Source: an uncultured Rivularia sp. (GTDB lineage Bacteria; Cyanobacteriota; Cyanobacteriia; Cyanobacteriales; Nostocaceae). Taken from it: 64,000 nucleotides of DNA. The notes beneath the pieces are model-generated. The model saw only the letters and a program-made list of their open reading frames with translations, was not told the origin of the DNA and searched no databases. Numbering within the stretch: position 1 is the first letter of the stretch; each line of letters opens with the position of its first letter. The DNA lies in assembly GCA_963665115.1 (NCBI GenBank), contig OY762007.1, positions 32,001-96,000 of the forward strand, given 5' to 3'. Positions 41,212-54,592 of the stretch are shown piece by piece. The position numbers and the translations under genes are program-made.

Positions 41212-44200
41212 ATGGTTAGCATTAAGGGATATCAAATCAACGAAGAACTCTACAATGGATCGAGAACCTTTGTACATCGTGCTATCCGAGAAAATGACCA
41301 AAAATCAGTTGTTATTAAAATACTAAAAAATTCATCACCGAGTTTCAATGAGCTTTTGCAATTTCGCAATCAGTATACAATTACTAAAAATCTTGATATT
41401 CCGGGAATAGTTCGTCCTTACAATATAGAGTCTTATCAAAATAGCTATGCTTTGATAATGGAAGATTTTGGTGGAGTTTCTTTGCATGAATATATACAGA
41501 ATTGCGATGACATATCTTTACAAAAATTGCTATCTATTATGGTGCAAATTAGCGATGTTCTTCACTATCTCCATCAAAATCGGGTGATTCATAAAGATAT
41601 TAAACCAGCTAATATATTAATTCATCCGCAAACACAAGAAGTTAAATTAATTGATTTTAGTATCGCTTCATTGCTACCTAAAGAAAGTCAAGAAATGAAG
41701 AATCCGAATAGTTTAGAAGGAACTCTTGCTTATATATCACCCGAACAAACTGGTAGAATGAATCGGGGAATTGATTACCGGGCTGATTTTTATGCCTTGG
41801 GTGTTACCTTTTATGAATTATTAACGGGAGAGTTACCTTTTCAATCGGATGATGCGATGGAATTGCTGCATTGTCATATTGCTAAAAGTCCTCCGAGGAT
41901 GCAAAAACCTCACCCTAATCCTCTCCTTGGTAATGATGAAAAACCTCACCCTAACCCTCTCCTTGGTAAGGAGAGGGAATTGGAGGAGATTCCGCAAGTT
42001 TTATCAGATATCGCGATCAAATTAATGGCGAAAAATGCTGAGGATAGATATCAAAGTGCTTTGGGATTAAAGCACGATTTAGAAAGTTGTTTATATCAAT
42101 TAAAAGATACTGGGAAAATAGAAAATTTTCAAATTGCCCAAAAAGATGTTAGTGAAATGTTTCTAATTCCGGAAAAACTTTATGGTAGAGAAACTGAAGT
42201 TCTACAACTGTTAGAATCATTTGATAGAGTATCGTATGGTGACAACGAATTAATCTTAGTGGCTGGTTTTTCTGGTATTGGGAAAACTGCGGTGGTTAAT
42301 GAAGTTCATAAACCCATTGTTAAACAGCGTGGTTATTTTATTAAAGGTAAATTTGACCAGTTTAATCGCAATATTCCTTTAGATGCTTTTGTGCAGGCAT
42401 TTAAAAATTTAATTGCACAATTAATCACGGAAAGCGATAGTCAATTATCAATTTGGAAGTCTCAGATATTAATAGCTTTAGGGGATAATGCAGGGGTAAT
42501 TATTAATGTTATTCCCGAATTAGAAAAAATTATTGGTAAGCAGCCTGCTGTTACAGAATTATCGGGTACTGCGGCTCAAAATAGATTTAATTCATTATTT
42601 CAAAAATTTATTCAAGTTTTTACCACCAAAGAACATCCTTTAGTTATTTTCTTAGATGATTTGCAGTGGGCTGATTCTGCATCTTTAAAATTGATGCAGT
42701 TGCTGATGAGTGATTCCGAGAATAAATATTTATTGTTAATTGGTGCATATCGCGATAATGAAGTTTTTCCGGCTCATCCTTTAATGTTGATTTTGGAGGA
42801 AATTCGGAAATCCGAAGCTGTCATTAACACGATTACTTTAGCACCGTTAAGCGAACAAAGTTTAAATCAACTGGTTGCCGATACTTTAAATTGTCTTTGC
42901 TTGAGGGCACAACCACTAACTCAACTGATATATCAAAAAACTCAAGGTAATCCATTTTTCAGCACGCAATTTTTAAAATCTCTGTATGAAGATGGTTTAA
43001 TTAAATTTAATTTTGAGGATTGTTTTTGGCAGTGTGACATTTCCGAGGTAACAGCTTTAGCGCTGACGGATGATGTGGTTGAATTTATGGCTTTGCAGCT
43101 AAAGAAATTGCCACAATCTAACCAGAATATATTGAAATTAGCAGCTTGTATCGGCAATCAGTTTGATTTAACAACTTTAGCAATTGTTTGCGAGCAATCA
43201 GAAGCTGACGCTGCTGTTGATTTATGGAAGGCTTTACAATTTGGATTGATTTTACCTCAAAGTGAGGTTTACAAATTTTATCTTGGGGAACAGCAAGTTA
43301 ATCGAGAACAAACTTCTCAAGTTGTTAACTACAAGTTTTTACATGACAGAGTTCAACAAGCTGCTTATTCTTTGATTCCCGATGACCAAAAACAAGCAAC
43401 CCATCTACAAATTGGGCAATTGTTGTTAGAGCAAACTTCCCAAAACGAGCGCGACGAAAAACTTTTTGATATCGTCAACCATCTTAATATTGGTAAATCT
43501 TTAATTACTCAAACATCCCAGCGCTCGGAATTAGCTCAGCTTAATTTGTCAGTTGGGCGTAAAGCCAAATCGGCTACAGCTTATAATGCGGCAATTGCTT
43601 ATTTCAATATTGGGATTGAATTCTTAGAAGAGAATTGCTGGGAATCGCAATATGCATTAACTCTTGCTTTACACGAAACAAAGGCAGAGGCTATTTACTT
43701 AAATGGGCAATTTGAACAATTAGATGCAGTTGTCAACGTAACGTTACAGTCAGCTAAAACTTTATTGGATAAAATCGCAATTTACGAAACACAAATTCAA
43801 GCCTGTATGGCACAAAACCAGCTTTCCGAAGCTATCAAAACTGCGCTCGATGTTTTGAAAAAGCTCGGCATCGATTTACCGCAGACTCCGAATATGGCAC
43901 AGGTTTTACTAGGATTGGGCAAAACAAAACTGATTCTCAGAGGTAAAAAAACCCAAGACTTGTTGAATCTGCCCACCATGACTAATCCAGAAAAATTAGC
44001 AGCGATGCGGATTCTCTCCAGTGCTTTATCTGCGGCGTTTATTGGTGCCCCGAAACTGTTACCACTGCTGGTGTTTGAGCAAGTCAACTTATCGGTGCGG
44101 TATGGCAATATCCCTCTATCTGCCTTTACTTATGCTTGGTATGGAACGATTTTATGTGGGGTTTTGGTGGATATTGATGCAGGCTATGAATTTGGGGACA

Positions 44201-46664
44201 GTTGGCTTTGCAAGTATTAGAACGTTTCCACGCCCAAAATCTGCGTTGCAAAACTGTGTTTATGGTGAATTCTTTTGTATTCCATTGGAAACAGCATCTT
44301 AAATCTACTTTATCTCGACTTCAGGAAGCCTATCAAAGTGGAGTTGAAAATGGTGATGTGGAGTATGGAGCTTGGTCAGCTTTGTTGCACGGTATACATC
44401 TATACTGGAATGGTAGCGAACTCAACGATTTAGAACAAACTCTCTGTGATTATGGTGAAGCTGTCAAGCAGTCGAAGCAAAATAATGCTTTAGTTTACAT
44501 CAATATTCATCGCCAGTGTGCATTAAATTTAATGGGGCAAACCCCCAACCCCAGCCTGCTTAACGGTGCTTACTATAGTGAAACCGAGAATATTCCCATA
44601 CAAATAAAAGCAGGCGATCGCACTGGAATTTTCTTCTATTATGTGAATCAACTGCACCTACGTTATTTATTTGGTGAGTTTGAAACTGCTCTAGAAGTAG
44701 TTAATCGTTTTAAAGAATATGAAGAAGCAGGAATGGCACTCATTCCAAATATACCGCTTTACCTGTACGATTCTTTAGCGCGGCTTGCAGTATATTCTAC
44801 AGCAACTAAAGCTGAGCGGTTGCGTCTGTTGCGTCAAGTTACCAAAAACCAGAAAAAACTGAAAAAGTGGGCAGATTTTGCCCCGATGAATTCGCTGCAT
44901 AAATGGAATTTGGTGGAAGCTGAACGTTATCGGGTTTTAGGTAAATATACAGAAGCAATTGCTTGTTACGATTCTGCGATTGCAGGAGCCAAAGAAAATA
45001 ATTATCTTCAAGAAGAAGCTCTAGCAAACGAACTCGCAGCTAAATTCTACCTCAACTGGAATAAAGAAAAAGTAGCTGCGGCATATATGCAAGGATCTTA
45101 TTATTGTTATTCTTGTTGGGGAGGCAAAGCTAAAACTGACGATTTAGAAAAACATTATCCTAATTTACTCCGTCCAATTTTACAGCAAGCTACACAAGTT
45201 ATAAATCCCTTAGAAACCTTTGCCACAATTGGCGCACCGACTTTCTCAATTCATAGTGATACAACAACCAAAAATTCTTCTTCTAATACCAGCATTAACG
45301 CTGTTTTGGACTTTGCTGCTATTATCAAAGCTTCCCAAACCCTTTCGAGTACCATCGAAATTTCCGAATTACTGCGACAACTTACCCAAATTATTCTACA
45401 AAATTCCGGTGGGGATTCTTGCGCTTTAATTCTACCAAATGCAGATGAAGTATGGTGTGTTGAAGCGATTGCGACACCCGAAACGATAGAACTTTGTTCC
45501 GAATCCCTCGATGGTAATTTTAACCTACCCGTAAAATTGATTAATTATGTTAAAAATACCCAAGAATTAGCGGTAATCAACAATCTCAAAACCAATTTAC
45601 CCGTAATTGATGAATATCTTATTCAACAGCAACCCAAGAGTATTTTATGTTTACCTATTCTTACTCAAGGACATTTGGTGGGAATTCTGTATTTAAAAAA
45701 CAGCTTGGCAAGTGGAGTATTTTCCAAAAATCGCTTAGTTGTTCTTAATTTTCTTTGTACCCAAGCAGCGATTTCTTTAGAAAATGCTCGTCTTTATCAA
45801 CAAGCTCAAATATATACCCAGCAACTCGAAGAATCGCAGCTACAAGTGGTGCAAAATGAAAAAATGGCAACTTTGGGTAACTTAGTTGCAGGGATAGCGC
45901 ACGAAGTTAATAATCCGGTTGGATTTCTTGTAGGTAGTATCAGCAATGCCAAAGAATATCTTCAAGATTTATTCAGACATTTAGAACTTTATCAAAAACA
46001 ATATCCTCAATTTGCCGCAGAAATTCAAGAAAATGCCGAAGAAATTGATTTAGAATTTTTGCTCGAAGATTTACCCAAATTACTCGATGCAATGACAGGA
46101 GCAACTGACAGAATTGCATCGATTAGTAACAGTCTCCGCACTTTCTCCCGTGCCGATACAGAACACAAAGTTAGTGCAAGTATTCATGATGGAATTGATA
46201 GCACTCTACTAATTCTTAAATACCGTCTCAAAGCCAATAACAATCGTCCTGGGATTATTATTAATCAAGAATATGGCGAAATACCCCAAATAGAATGCTT
46301 TCCCGGTCAATTAAACCAAGTATTCATGAATATTTTCGCAAATGCCATCGATCTGTTTGATGAAATGGCACAAACTCAAACATACAAAGAATTAGAAGCA
46401 AGTCCCCAACAAATTAATATTCGTACCGAAATCATTGCTAATCAAGCTTGTATTTACATCCGCGATAACGGAAAAGGAATGAGCCAAGAAATTAGTCAGA
46501 ACATCTTTAAACATTTATTTACTACCAAAGCTGTAGGAAAAGGTACCGGATTGGGATTGGCTATAGCTAAACAAATAGTTGTAGAAAAACATAACGGAAC
46601 AATTGAAGTTAATTCTGCCGTAGGAGAAGGTACAGAATTTATGATTAGTATTCCAATGCAATAG
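41212..46664 (+). CDS. Hybrid Ser/Thr kinase - AAA ATPase - GAF - histidine kinase (HstK-like; frameshift at G-run 44194-44197)
   Basis: HKDIKPAN, DFS, SPEQTGR; GFSGIGKT, FLDDLQWAD; AHEVNNP, FTTKAVGKGTGLGL. Confidence 0.92.
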
Positions 46665-46667
46665 TGA

Positions 46668-46852
46668 ATTGGGGATAGTTAGGAGTATTGAGTAGGGAGT
46701 AGAGAGTAGCAAGTAAATCACTTTTTTATTATTTTCATAAATATCGGTACTTCTGCCCGTCTATTTTTACTCGCTACTTGTTACTCACTACTCACTACTC
46801 ACTACTTTAATAATGTCTCCTTGTCTCCCCCTCTACCCACTCTTCCCCCTCA
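46668..46852 (+). repeat. Composite STRR element copy 2
   Basis: Near-identical to the reverse complement of 49885-50090. Confidence 0.8.
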
Positions 46853-47031
46853 CTCAACACTGGTAATACCTTAGCTGCTGGAACATTCGGAATCGACTTC
46901 ATACCCAAACTTTAAGATAAATGAAGCCAATACATCTATGCGAAAACACTAATTCCCCATTAGAATCTAGCAAAGTCGGGTTATAAACAAAACAACCCGA
47001 AACCAAACACCACTAACTTACCTTCTGCACT

Positions 47032-48244
47032 GTGAAATTGAAATTAAGCCGTTTGATTCCATTTCTTGATGAAACTGTATCTAGTTGGGCATTAGAAGCC
47101 CGTTTGTTACGCTGGTTAACCTTGATTTGGCTGTTTGTAGGTTTAGCCGTATTGTTTTCGGCTTCTTATCCAGTTGCTGACGTTAAACATGGTGATGGGC
47201 TTTTGTTTTTCAAACGTCAACTGATAACTGTATTCTTGGGCTTGATTCTCTTCAATATTATTGTCAATTTACCCTTTCATAAAATAATCGGGGTATCCCA
47301 TTGGCTGCTAATGCTGTTTTTGGGATTGATTATTCTCACCTTAATTCCGGGTTTAGGAACTAGAGGGGTTTACGGTACAAGTCGCTGGTTATCTATTGCA
47401 GGATTCCCGATTCAACCTTCGGAATTTATCAAACCTTTTTTAGTGTTGCAAAGTGCGCGAGTTTTTGGAAATTGGGACAGACTTAGTTGGGGAATTCGCA
47501 TTGCTTGGTTGGTGGTTTTTGGTTTTGTGCTGTTAGGAATTCTGGCGCAACCTAACTTAAGTACCACAGCACTTTGCGGAATGACTGTCTGGTTAATTGC
47601 TATGGCTAGTGGTTTGCCTTACAAATATTTAGGAGGTAGCGCTGGTGCAGGAGTTGTATTAGCGCTGATGAGCGTTACCGTTAATAAATACCAACGTTCC
47701 CGTATCACCTCTTTTTTCAATCCTTGGGACGATCCTCAAGGTACAGATTACCAGTTAATTCAAAGTTTACTAGCAGTAGGTTCGGGTAATACTTGGGGTT
47801 TCCGGATTTGGGCTTTCTCAACAAAAGCTTTCTTGGCTACCAATTGCAGATAGCGACTTTATTTTTGCAGTATTTGCTGAAGAATTTGGCTTTGTTGGCA
47901 GCGTCACGCTATTAGTAATGTTAGCTGTATTCGCAACTTTGGGATTAATTGTAGCTTTCAAAGCAAAAAGTGTTATATACAGGTTATCGGCAATTGGGAT
48001 TACCACCTTACTTACAGGACAATCATTTATAAATATTGGTGTTGCCAGTGGAGTTTTACCAACCACAGGTTTACCTTTACCATTTTTTAGTTACGGCGGA
48101 AGTTCGATAATTGCCACATTGATTGCAACAGGATTATTAATTAGAGTTGCACGGGAAAGTAACGAAGCCGACGTGCTTCCATTACGAAGACAACCAATAA
48201 AACCCAAACGCGAACGACGGTTTTTACATAGGAATAAATTTTAA
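47032..48244 (+). CDS. ftsW: Cell division SEDS protein FtsW (frameshift at 47799-47801)
   Basis: IQPSEFIK, QPNLST, YQLIQSL; bridging frame LPIADSDFIFAVFAEEFG; PTTGLPLPFFSYGGSS. Confidence 0.85.
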
Positions 48245-48527
48245 TTTACTACTATTTATTCGATATAGCATTTCCCAGTCTATCAAGGTATATCTCAAAA
48301 CCTCACCCCCAACCCCTCTCCTAATATGCAAAGAGGCTATGCATTAGGTAATCGCTGTACCTCAGTTGCCAGGGCAAACGCTATAGCAAGCAAACATATA
48401 TTAAATTTGCTTGAATTATTTCTGAAAAGGTTAGTAAGGTGAACTGTAAGTAGACTAGAGATAAAAATCAGTTTACCAACCGTTTTTATATAGCCCGCAT
48501 CAGCGGGCTTTATTTATGAGTAATAGA

Positions 48528-48872
48528 TAATTGGGGATTGGGGATTGGGCATTGGGCATAGGGAATTGGTAATTGATAATTGGGGATGGGGGATGGGGCA
48601 TTGGGCATAGGGAATTGATAATTGATAATTGGTAATTGATAATTGATAATTGGTAAAGTAATTACAGTTATTACCACGTAAGGAAGCAATGCCATAGCCT
48701 GGAAAGTTGTAGCGAGTGTATAAATTCTGATTTTATTCAAAATCCTAAAATCATTACCAGGTAAAAGTTTTGAAATGTATAAGAAGACTAATTAATTTGT
48801 AAAAAACAAACCTCTATTACCAATTACCAATTACCAATTACCAATTACCAATTACCAATTACCAATTACCTA
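48528..48872. repeat. Inverted STRR arrays (TTGGTAA/GGGGATT ... CCAATTA) around a unique core
   Basis: Arms 48528-48655 and 48815-48872. Confidence 0.75.
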
Positions 48873-48880
48873 ATTCTAAT

Positions 48881-49885
48881 ATGTCAATTAATTTGAATCG
48901 TCGTAAATTCCTGGGATACAGTACCGCAGTCTTTAGCGGTATACTATTAAAAGCTTGTAGCAACAACCAAACCTCAACACCCACAGCTACTAGTGGTGAA
49001 GACGCTTTCAAAATTGCGATCGCGCTTCCGGGAGCGATTACCGATAAGACTTGGAATCAGTCTGGTTATGAAGGCGTGCAGTTAGCAAGACAGCAACTCG
49101 GTGCGGAAACTGCTTTTTTAGAACAAATTCCTCAAGCCGAACAAACAGAAGTTTTAACAGATTTTGCTCGTAAGAAATATAATCTTATATTTGCCCACGG
49201 TGGACAATTTGATGCTGCAATTCAACAAATAGCACCCCAATTTCCCGATACATTTTTTATCGCTGTTAACGGTGCAGTTAAAGGAGATAATATTGCTGCT
49301 TTACGGATAAATCACCAGCAAGCTAGCTATTTGTGTGGAATTGTTGCCGCTTCGATGACAAAATCTAATCAAATAGCTTACATTGCCGGACAAAAATTTG
49401 CTGCCACTGAAGAAGAATTACTTGGTTTAGAATTAGGAGCAAAATCGGTAAATCCTAAAATAAAAGTAACTTCTACTTTCACAGGAGATTGGAATGATGC
49501 TTCCAAAGCCAAAGAAGCGACATTAGCTTTAATTTCTACTGGTGCCGATGTTATTTATCAATGGTTGGATAATGCATCACCTGCGGTATTACAAACAGCC
49601 GCAGAAAAAAATGTTTATGCTTTCGGAAATACAAAAGATCAATTAGAAATAGCACCAAAGGCAGTATTAACAAGTGCAGTTAAAAGAATGGATTTAGCAA
49701 TAGCTTATATATCAGAATTAGCTAAAAACAAACAATTAAAAGGCGATATTTATAAAATTGGTTTAGAAAACTCCGATATTCTTAGTTTGGGAAAATTTGG
49801 CGATATGGTGTCAGGAGATATTCAGAAAAAAGCAATGGATGCAAAGCAGGGAATTGTTGAAGATAAAATTAAAATTGGTAGTTAG
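48881..49885 (+). CDS. BMP family ABC transporter substrate-binding lipoprotein (nucleoside/purine-type)
   Basis: NRRKFL..LKAC; DKTWNQSGYEG, FTGDWND, GADVIY. Confidence 0.9.
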   Translation: MSINLNRRKFLGYSTAVFSGILLKACSNNQTSTPTATSGEDAFKIAIALPGAITDKTWNQSGYEGVQLARQQLGAETAFLEQIPQAEQTEVLTDFARKKYNLIFAHGGQFDAAIQQIAPQFPDTFFIAVNGAVKGDNIAALRINHQQASYLCGIVAASMTKSNQIAYIAGQKFAATEEELLGLELGAKSVNPKIKVTSTFTGDWNDASKAKEATLALISTGADVIYQWLDNASPAVLQTAAEKNVYAFGNTKDQLEIAPKAVLTSAVKRMDLAIAYISELAKNKQLKGDIYKIGLENSDILSLGKFGDMVSGDIQKKAMDAKQGIVEDKIKIGS

Positions 49886-50131
49886 GGGTAGAGGGGGGAG
49901 AGGGGACATTATTAAAGTAGTGAGTAGTGAGTAATGAGTAACAAGTAGTGAGTAATGAGTAGTGAGTAATGAGTAACAAGTCGCGAGTAAAAATAGACGG
50001 GCAGAAGTACCGACATTTATGACAATAATAAAAAAGTGATGTACTTGCTACTCTCTACTCCCTACTTAATACTCCTAACTATCCCCAATCCCCAATCCCC
50101 AATCCCCAATCCCCAATTACCAATTACCAAT
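49885..50131 (-). repeat. Composite STRR element copy 3 (inverted)
   Basis: Reverse complement contains ATCACTTTTTTATTATTGTCATAAATGTCGGTACTTCTGCCCGTCTATTTTTACTCGC. Confidence 0.8.
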
Positions 50132-50141
50132 TCAAATTTGA

Positions 50142-51641
50142 ATGCCATTTTTACGCTTAGAAAATATTACAAAATCCTTTGGTTCCTTTGTTGCTAACGA
50201 TAATATCGGCTTTGAAATAGGGGCTGGTAAAATTCACGCGATTTTGGGAGAAAATGGTGCTGGTAAAACTACTTTGATGAATATTATTAGCGGTCTTTAT
50301 CAACCAGATAAGGGCAAAATTTATTTAAAAGACAAACCTGTAAATATTACATCTGCGAATGCAGCAATTAAACTCGGTATTGGCATGATTCATCAACATT
50401 TTATGCTAGTACCGCAGTTAAGTGTCACAGAAAATATTATTCTCGGAATTGATAGAAATTGGTCGTTAAATCTTAAACAAAAACAACAAAAAATAGCTGA
50501 TTTATCTAACTCTTACGGATTAGAAATTAACCCCGAAACAAAAGTTGGAGATTTACCAGTAGGAACTCAACAACGAGTCGAAATTCTCAAAGTTCTTTAC
50601 CGTCAAGCTAAATTATTGATTCTTGATGAACCAACGGCTGTTTTAACTCCATTGGAAGTAAAATCTTTAATTAAAATTCTCCGCAAACTCGCTGCTGCTG
50701 GTAATACAATTATTTTTATCAGTCATAAGCTAGAAGAAGTAATCAACCTTTGCGATACCGTGACAGTATTACGACGGGGAAAAGTAGTTGCGAATAAGAA
50801 CATTGCAGAAACTACTGCTTCCGAATTAGCAGCTTTAATGGTGGGAAGAGAAGTTACTTTTCAATTAAATAAATCTCCGGTAAATCCAGGAAAGGTGATT
50901 TTATCGGTAAATAATTTACAAGTAACAGACGATAGAGGTGTAACTGCTGTAAATAATATATCCTTTGAACTGCGAGAAAGAGAAATTTTAGGTATTGCTG
51001 GAGTAGATGGAAATGGACAGCGAGAATTAGCCGATGCTTTAGCACAAATCCGAAATATCAAAGCTGGGGAAATTACGTTTATTCAAAATTCAACTACAGG
51101 TTATATTCCCGAAGATAGGCAAAAAATGGGTTTGATATTGCAGTTTAATATTGCTCAAAACTTGATTTTAAAAGCTTTTAAAAAATTACCCTTTTGTCGT
51201 CACTTCTTATTTAAACCCCAAGTAATTAATCACAATGCAACTTCTGCAATCGAAGAATTTGATATTCGAGGAGCGGGAGTTAACGTAAAAGCAAATCAGC
51301 TTTCAGGAGGAAATCAACAAAAGATTGTTTTAGCAAGGGAATTAGCAGGAAATCCGGTATTAATCGTAGCTATGCAGCCCACTCGCGGATTAGATGTAGG
51401 AGCTACCGAAACAGTACAGCAACGATTGTTAAAGGAAAGGGAACGAGGAGCCGCGATTGTATATATTTCTACCGAGTTAGAAGAAGTGATGGCAATTAGC
51501 GATCGCCTTGCGGTGATGTATCGAGGTGAATTTGTTGGTGTATTGGATGCCCAGACAGCGACGGTTGAGGAAGTTGGTTTGTTGATGGGAGGAGGGGGGA
51601 GAGATGGGGTGATGGAGGGACAAGGGGACAACCCCCCATAA
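50142..51641 (+). CDS. ABC transporter ATP-binding protein (CUT2/nucleoside type)
   Basis: GENGAGKTT, ILDEPT, LSGGNQQK, QPTRGLD. Confidence 0.95.
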   Translation: MPFLRLENITKSFGSFVANDNIGFEIGAGKIHAILGENGAGKTTLMNIISGLYQPDKGKIYLKDKPVNITSANAAIKLGIGMIHQHFMLVPQLSVTENIILGIDRNWSLNLKQKQQKIADLSNSYGLEINPETKVGDLPVGTQQRVEILKVLYRQAKLLILDEPTAVLTPLEVKSLIKILRKLAAAGNTIIFISHKLEEVINLCDTVTVLRRGKVVANKNIAETTASELAALMVGREVTFQLNKSPVNPGKVILSVNNLQVTDDRGVTAVNNISFELREREILGIAGVDGNGQRELADALAQIRNIKAGEITFIQNSTTGYIPEDRQKMGLILQFNIAQNLILKAFKKLPFCRHFLFKPQVINHNATSAIEEFDIRGAGVNVKANQLSGGNQQKIVLARELAGNPVLIVAMQPTRGLDVGATETVQQRLLKERERGAAIVYISTELEEVMAISDRLAVMYRGEFVGVLDAQTATVEEVGLLMGGGGRDGVMEGQGDNPP

Positions 51642-51765
51642 AAAGCAGTTTTATTACCAAAGCCCTTCGGGCTTAAGTAAGAAGCAAGAAGTAAAAAGTA
51701 ATAAATATTGCCCGAAGTATGGTATCAAGCCTCGTCTTTTAAAGACGAATAAAAACCTGCATTCA

Positions 51766-54319
51766 TTACTTGAATCCTCTACCATGAGCGGGAGAGGTGT
51801 TACTTATTACTTTTGGCTCTCTAATTATTACTTGTGAAGTATTGGCTCCGCTGCACTCAGATATTTGTTTTGTTGCCAAAGGTGTATTTTCAAGAGCAAC
51901 CAGTTCAATTTCTCCTTTTGAATTTCGAGCAAAACCAGTAGCTTCTACAATTGCTGATTTCTTCGGTATTTGCATAATTTCAACAGTATTATTATTTCTT
52001 TTACGATATGCAGATAAATCGCGAATATCCGACCAAGTTTGTTTTTCATTTATATTTACATTGGGGTTTCTGCGGTACTCCACCCCTTCCGGTTGCCACA
52101 AAAGTACTGCCGGAATTACTAGAACATCCAGAAGAAATTTCTTGAGATGAATCAGAAAGAGCTACGGGTAATTCCACTAAACCAGAACTAGGATCAATAC
52201 TAATATTATTAATTTGGACCGTACCGTTGACACCAAATTTGGAACTTGCGGTAATGTCACTTTCTGGAGTGAGTTCTTCGCGAAATTCTAAACCGAAAAT
52301 ACCTTGAGTCGTAATGTTTATATTACCACCCATACCTTCAACTGCATTGGCGACAATATCGCTGTTTTCAAAACCGGCAATTACAGGAGAATTGATGGTT
52401 ATATTACCACCATCACCTACAACACCTTTAGCTTCTGTATTAATAGCACCTCCACGACGTAGGCTTAAAAAATCTGCTGCATTAATATCAATATTTCCAC
52501 CTTCTCCAGATTGTGTTGAAGCAGACAAACGTCCATTTCGATCTAAGGAAATCAAATCCGCATTCACATATAATGTACCTGCATTACCTACACTTTGGTG
52601 ACTAACCGTAAGCTCTGCTCCATCGGTAATTGACAATTTGGGTGTATTAATAATAATACTACCTGCATTTCCTGTAACTTCATCAGGTACTCCAAACCTT
52701 CGACGGAGGGGTGGTGGTAATAATGTACCTCTAGTATTGATAGTGCTAGGTTCAGTACGACCACTTCTAACACGACTACCGCTTAACAAAATACTATTCG
52801 ATGCATTAACCATAATTTCGCTACTATTTCCAGCACCAAAAGTTGATGAAGCAATAAATGCTCCTCCCAAGAGAGATAAACGAGGAGTATTAATCTCAAT
52901 ATTGCCTGCATTTCCCATAGAAGAAACTACACTAGATGTGATAGTTGCATCATTATTATTGGATGGGAAAACGCTCAATTCAATTAATTCACTAGCATTA
53001 ATCAAAATATTACCAGTATTTCCATTTGCTCCGAAATTAATAGTTGTAATTGCACCACCACCATTCACAGAAAGGACTTCAGTATTAATAGTCAGGTCGC
53101 CACTATTTCCATTTCCGATAGAAGTTCTAGTCCCAAGAGTACCAATAATACTATCGGATTTACTATCTATAAATTTGATAGTGGAAGCATCAACATTAAC
53201 CTTTCCTGAATCTCCAAAAGAAAAAGTACGAGCTTGTAAGCTTCCTCCTTCCATAAATTTCATTTCGGTAGTATTAACATTAATATCACCACCTTTACCC
53301 GTACTGCTAACATCAGCATAAATCCCACTTCTAAGTGTTGTGTTGGGAGCAGTTCCCATCAAGTCAATAGAATTTGTAATGTTAAGGTTGATAGAACCAG
53401 CTTGTTGATTACCCCGATTTTCCAGCCATACTATAGAACCATTATCCAAAGTCAAATTTTCTCCCTGGATTTGTATTGTTCCCTGTCCCGTACCGCTAAC
53501 ATCTACTAAAGACTTTTGTAAAAGTTGAATATTTCCTGTTGGTTGAACTGTATCGTATGTTAAGGAAGGGCGATTATTAATCGTTTGCAACCCGATTTGA
53601 GATGGAGAGTCTTGATTCCCAACAGCACTTAATTCGACTTTACCGCTAGCAGTTGTTATTACACCTCCATCAAACTTTAAATTACCTCCTACTAATGCAA
53701 AAGTCTGGTTTGAAGGGACTTGCAAACCCACAATACTAGTGTCTTGATTAGTAATTTGTGTCCCCGCACCAAGAGTAAGCTGATGTCCGGTGTTGTTAAC
53801 TGTTATGTCTGCTGAACTTCGTCCCATCTGCAAACCAACAGGAACACTCACAGTTAACAAAGGCTCACTTTGAGGATTTATTGCGCTAAATTCAAACCCA
53901 TCCTCAAACAAAATACTTTCTGCGGTAGTTCCCAAAAATGAACCACCAATATCTAACCGTGCATTTTCACCAAACACAATTCCGGCAGGATTAATTAAAA
54001 ATAAATTCGCATTTCCGTTGGCTTTTATTAAGCCATCAAGATTAGAAATATTTCCACCTGTTACTCGGTTAATAATATTAACTACATCAGTAGAATTATT
54101 GAAAGTTGCGGAACCACCTGTAGGAATAGAAAACTCTTTAAAACTATGAAATAAATTATTACCTTTTTGAATACCGTTAATAATATTATATTTACTGTCA
54201 TCTAATTTTACTTTTGTATCAGTAGTTCCATCAGATGTTATCTGAGCAATTGCTGGTAAAACAATTCCCGAAGTTAGTAAACTACTTATCAATCCAAATA
54301 GAAGCTTAATCCCTTTCAT
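51766..54319 (-). CDS. Filamentous haemagglutinin-like secreted protein (TpsA type; frameshift at 52067-52069)
   Basis: Signal peptide, NLFHSFKEFS, LINPAGIVFG, G/N-rich beta-helix; FVATGRGGVPQ(NP)..WSDIR..IVEATGF C-terminus. Confidence 0.88.
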
Positions 54320-54524
54320 CTTGTAAAAATATTTGTGTGTTCTGGATTTATAGTTCCCATTATCTTCGTGATACTAACCCCAAGAAAAACGTATTATTGT
54401 GAATAGGGGAGCCTCAGCGAACTCTACCCCACGCGCTGGGAAATGTAATTCCCCGTCTAATAGCAAAAGTCCATTAAAATGGACTGAATAAAAACCATCA
54501 AATTTAATGCAACGCATTAATAGT

Positions 54525-54592
54525 ACTCCTTTATGATTTACCAGTCTGGGAGTTTTGATCGCGTTAAAAGCCGGACAATTTAACATTGGTGG
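54525..54592 (+). repeat. 68-bp copy of internal permease sequence 57970-58037
   Basis: 66/68 identical; one change makes a TGA in the permease frame. Confidence 0.9.

Noticed and set aside
52314..53321. Plus-strand ORFs within the haemagglutinin gene
   Set aside because: Antisense shadows of a low-complexity coding strand.
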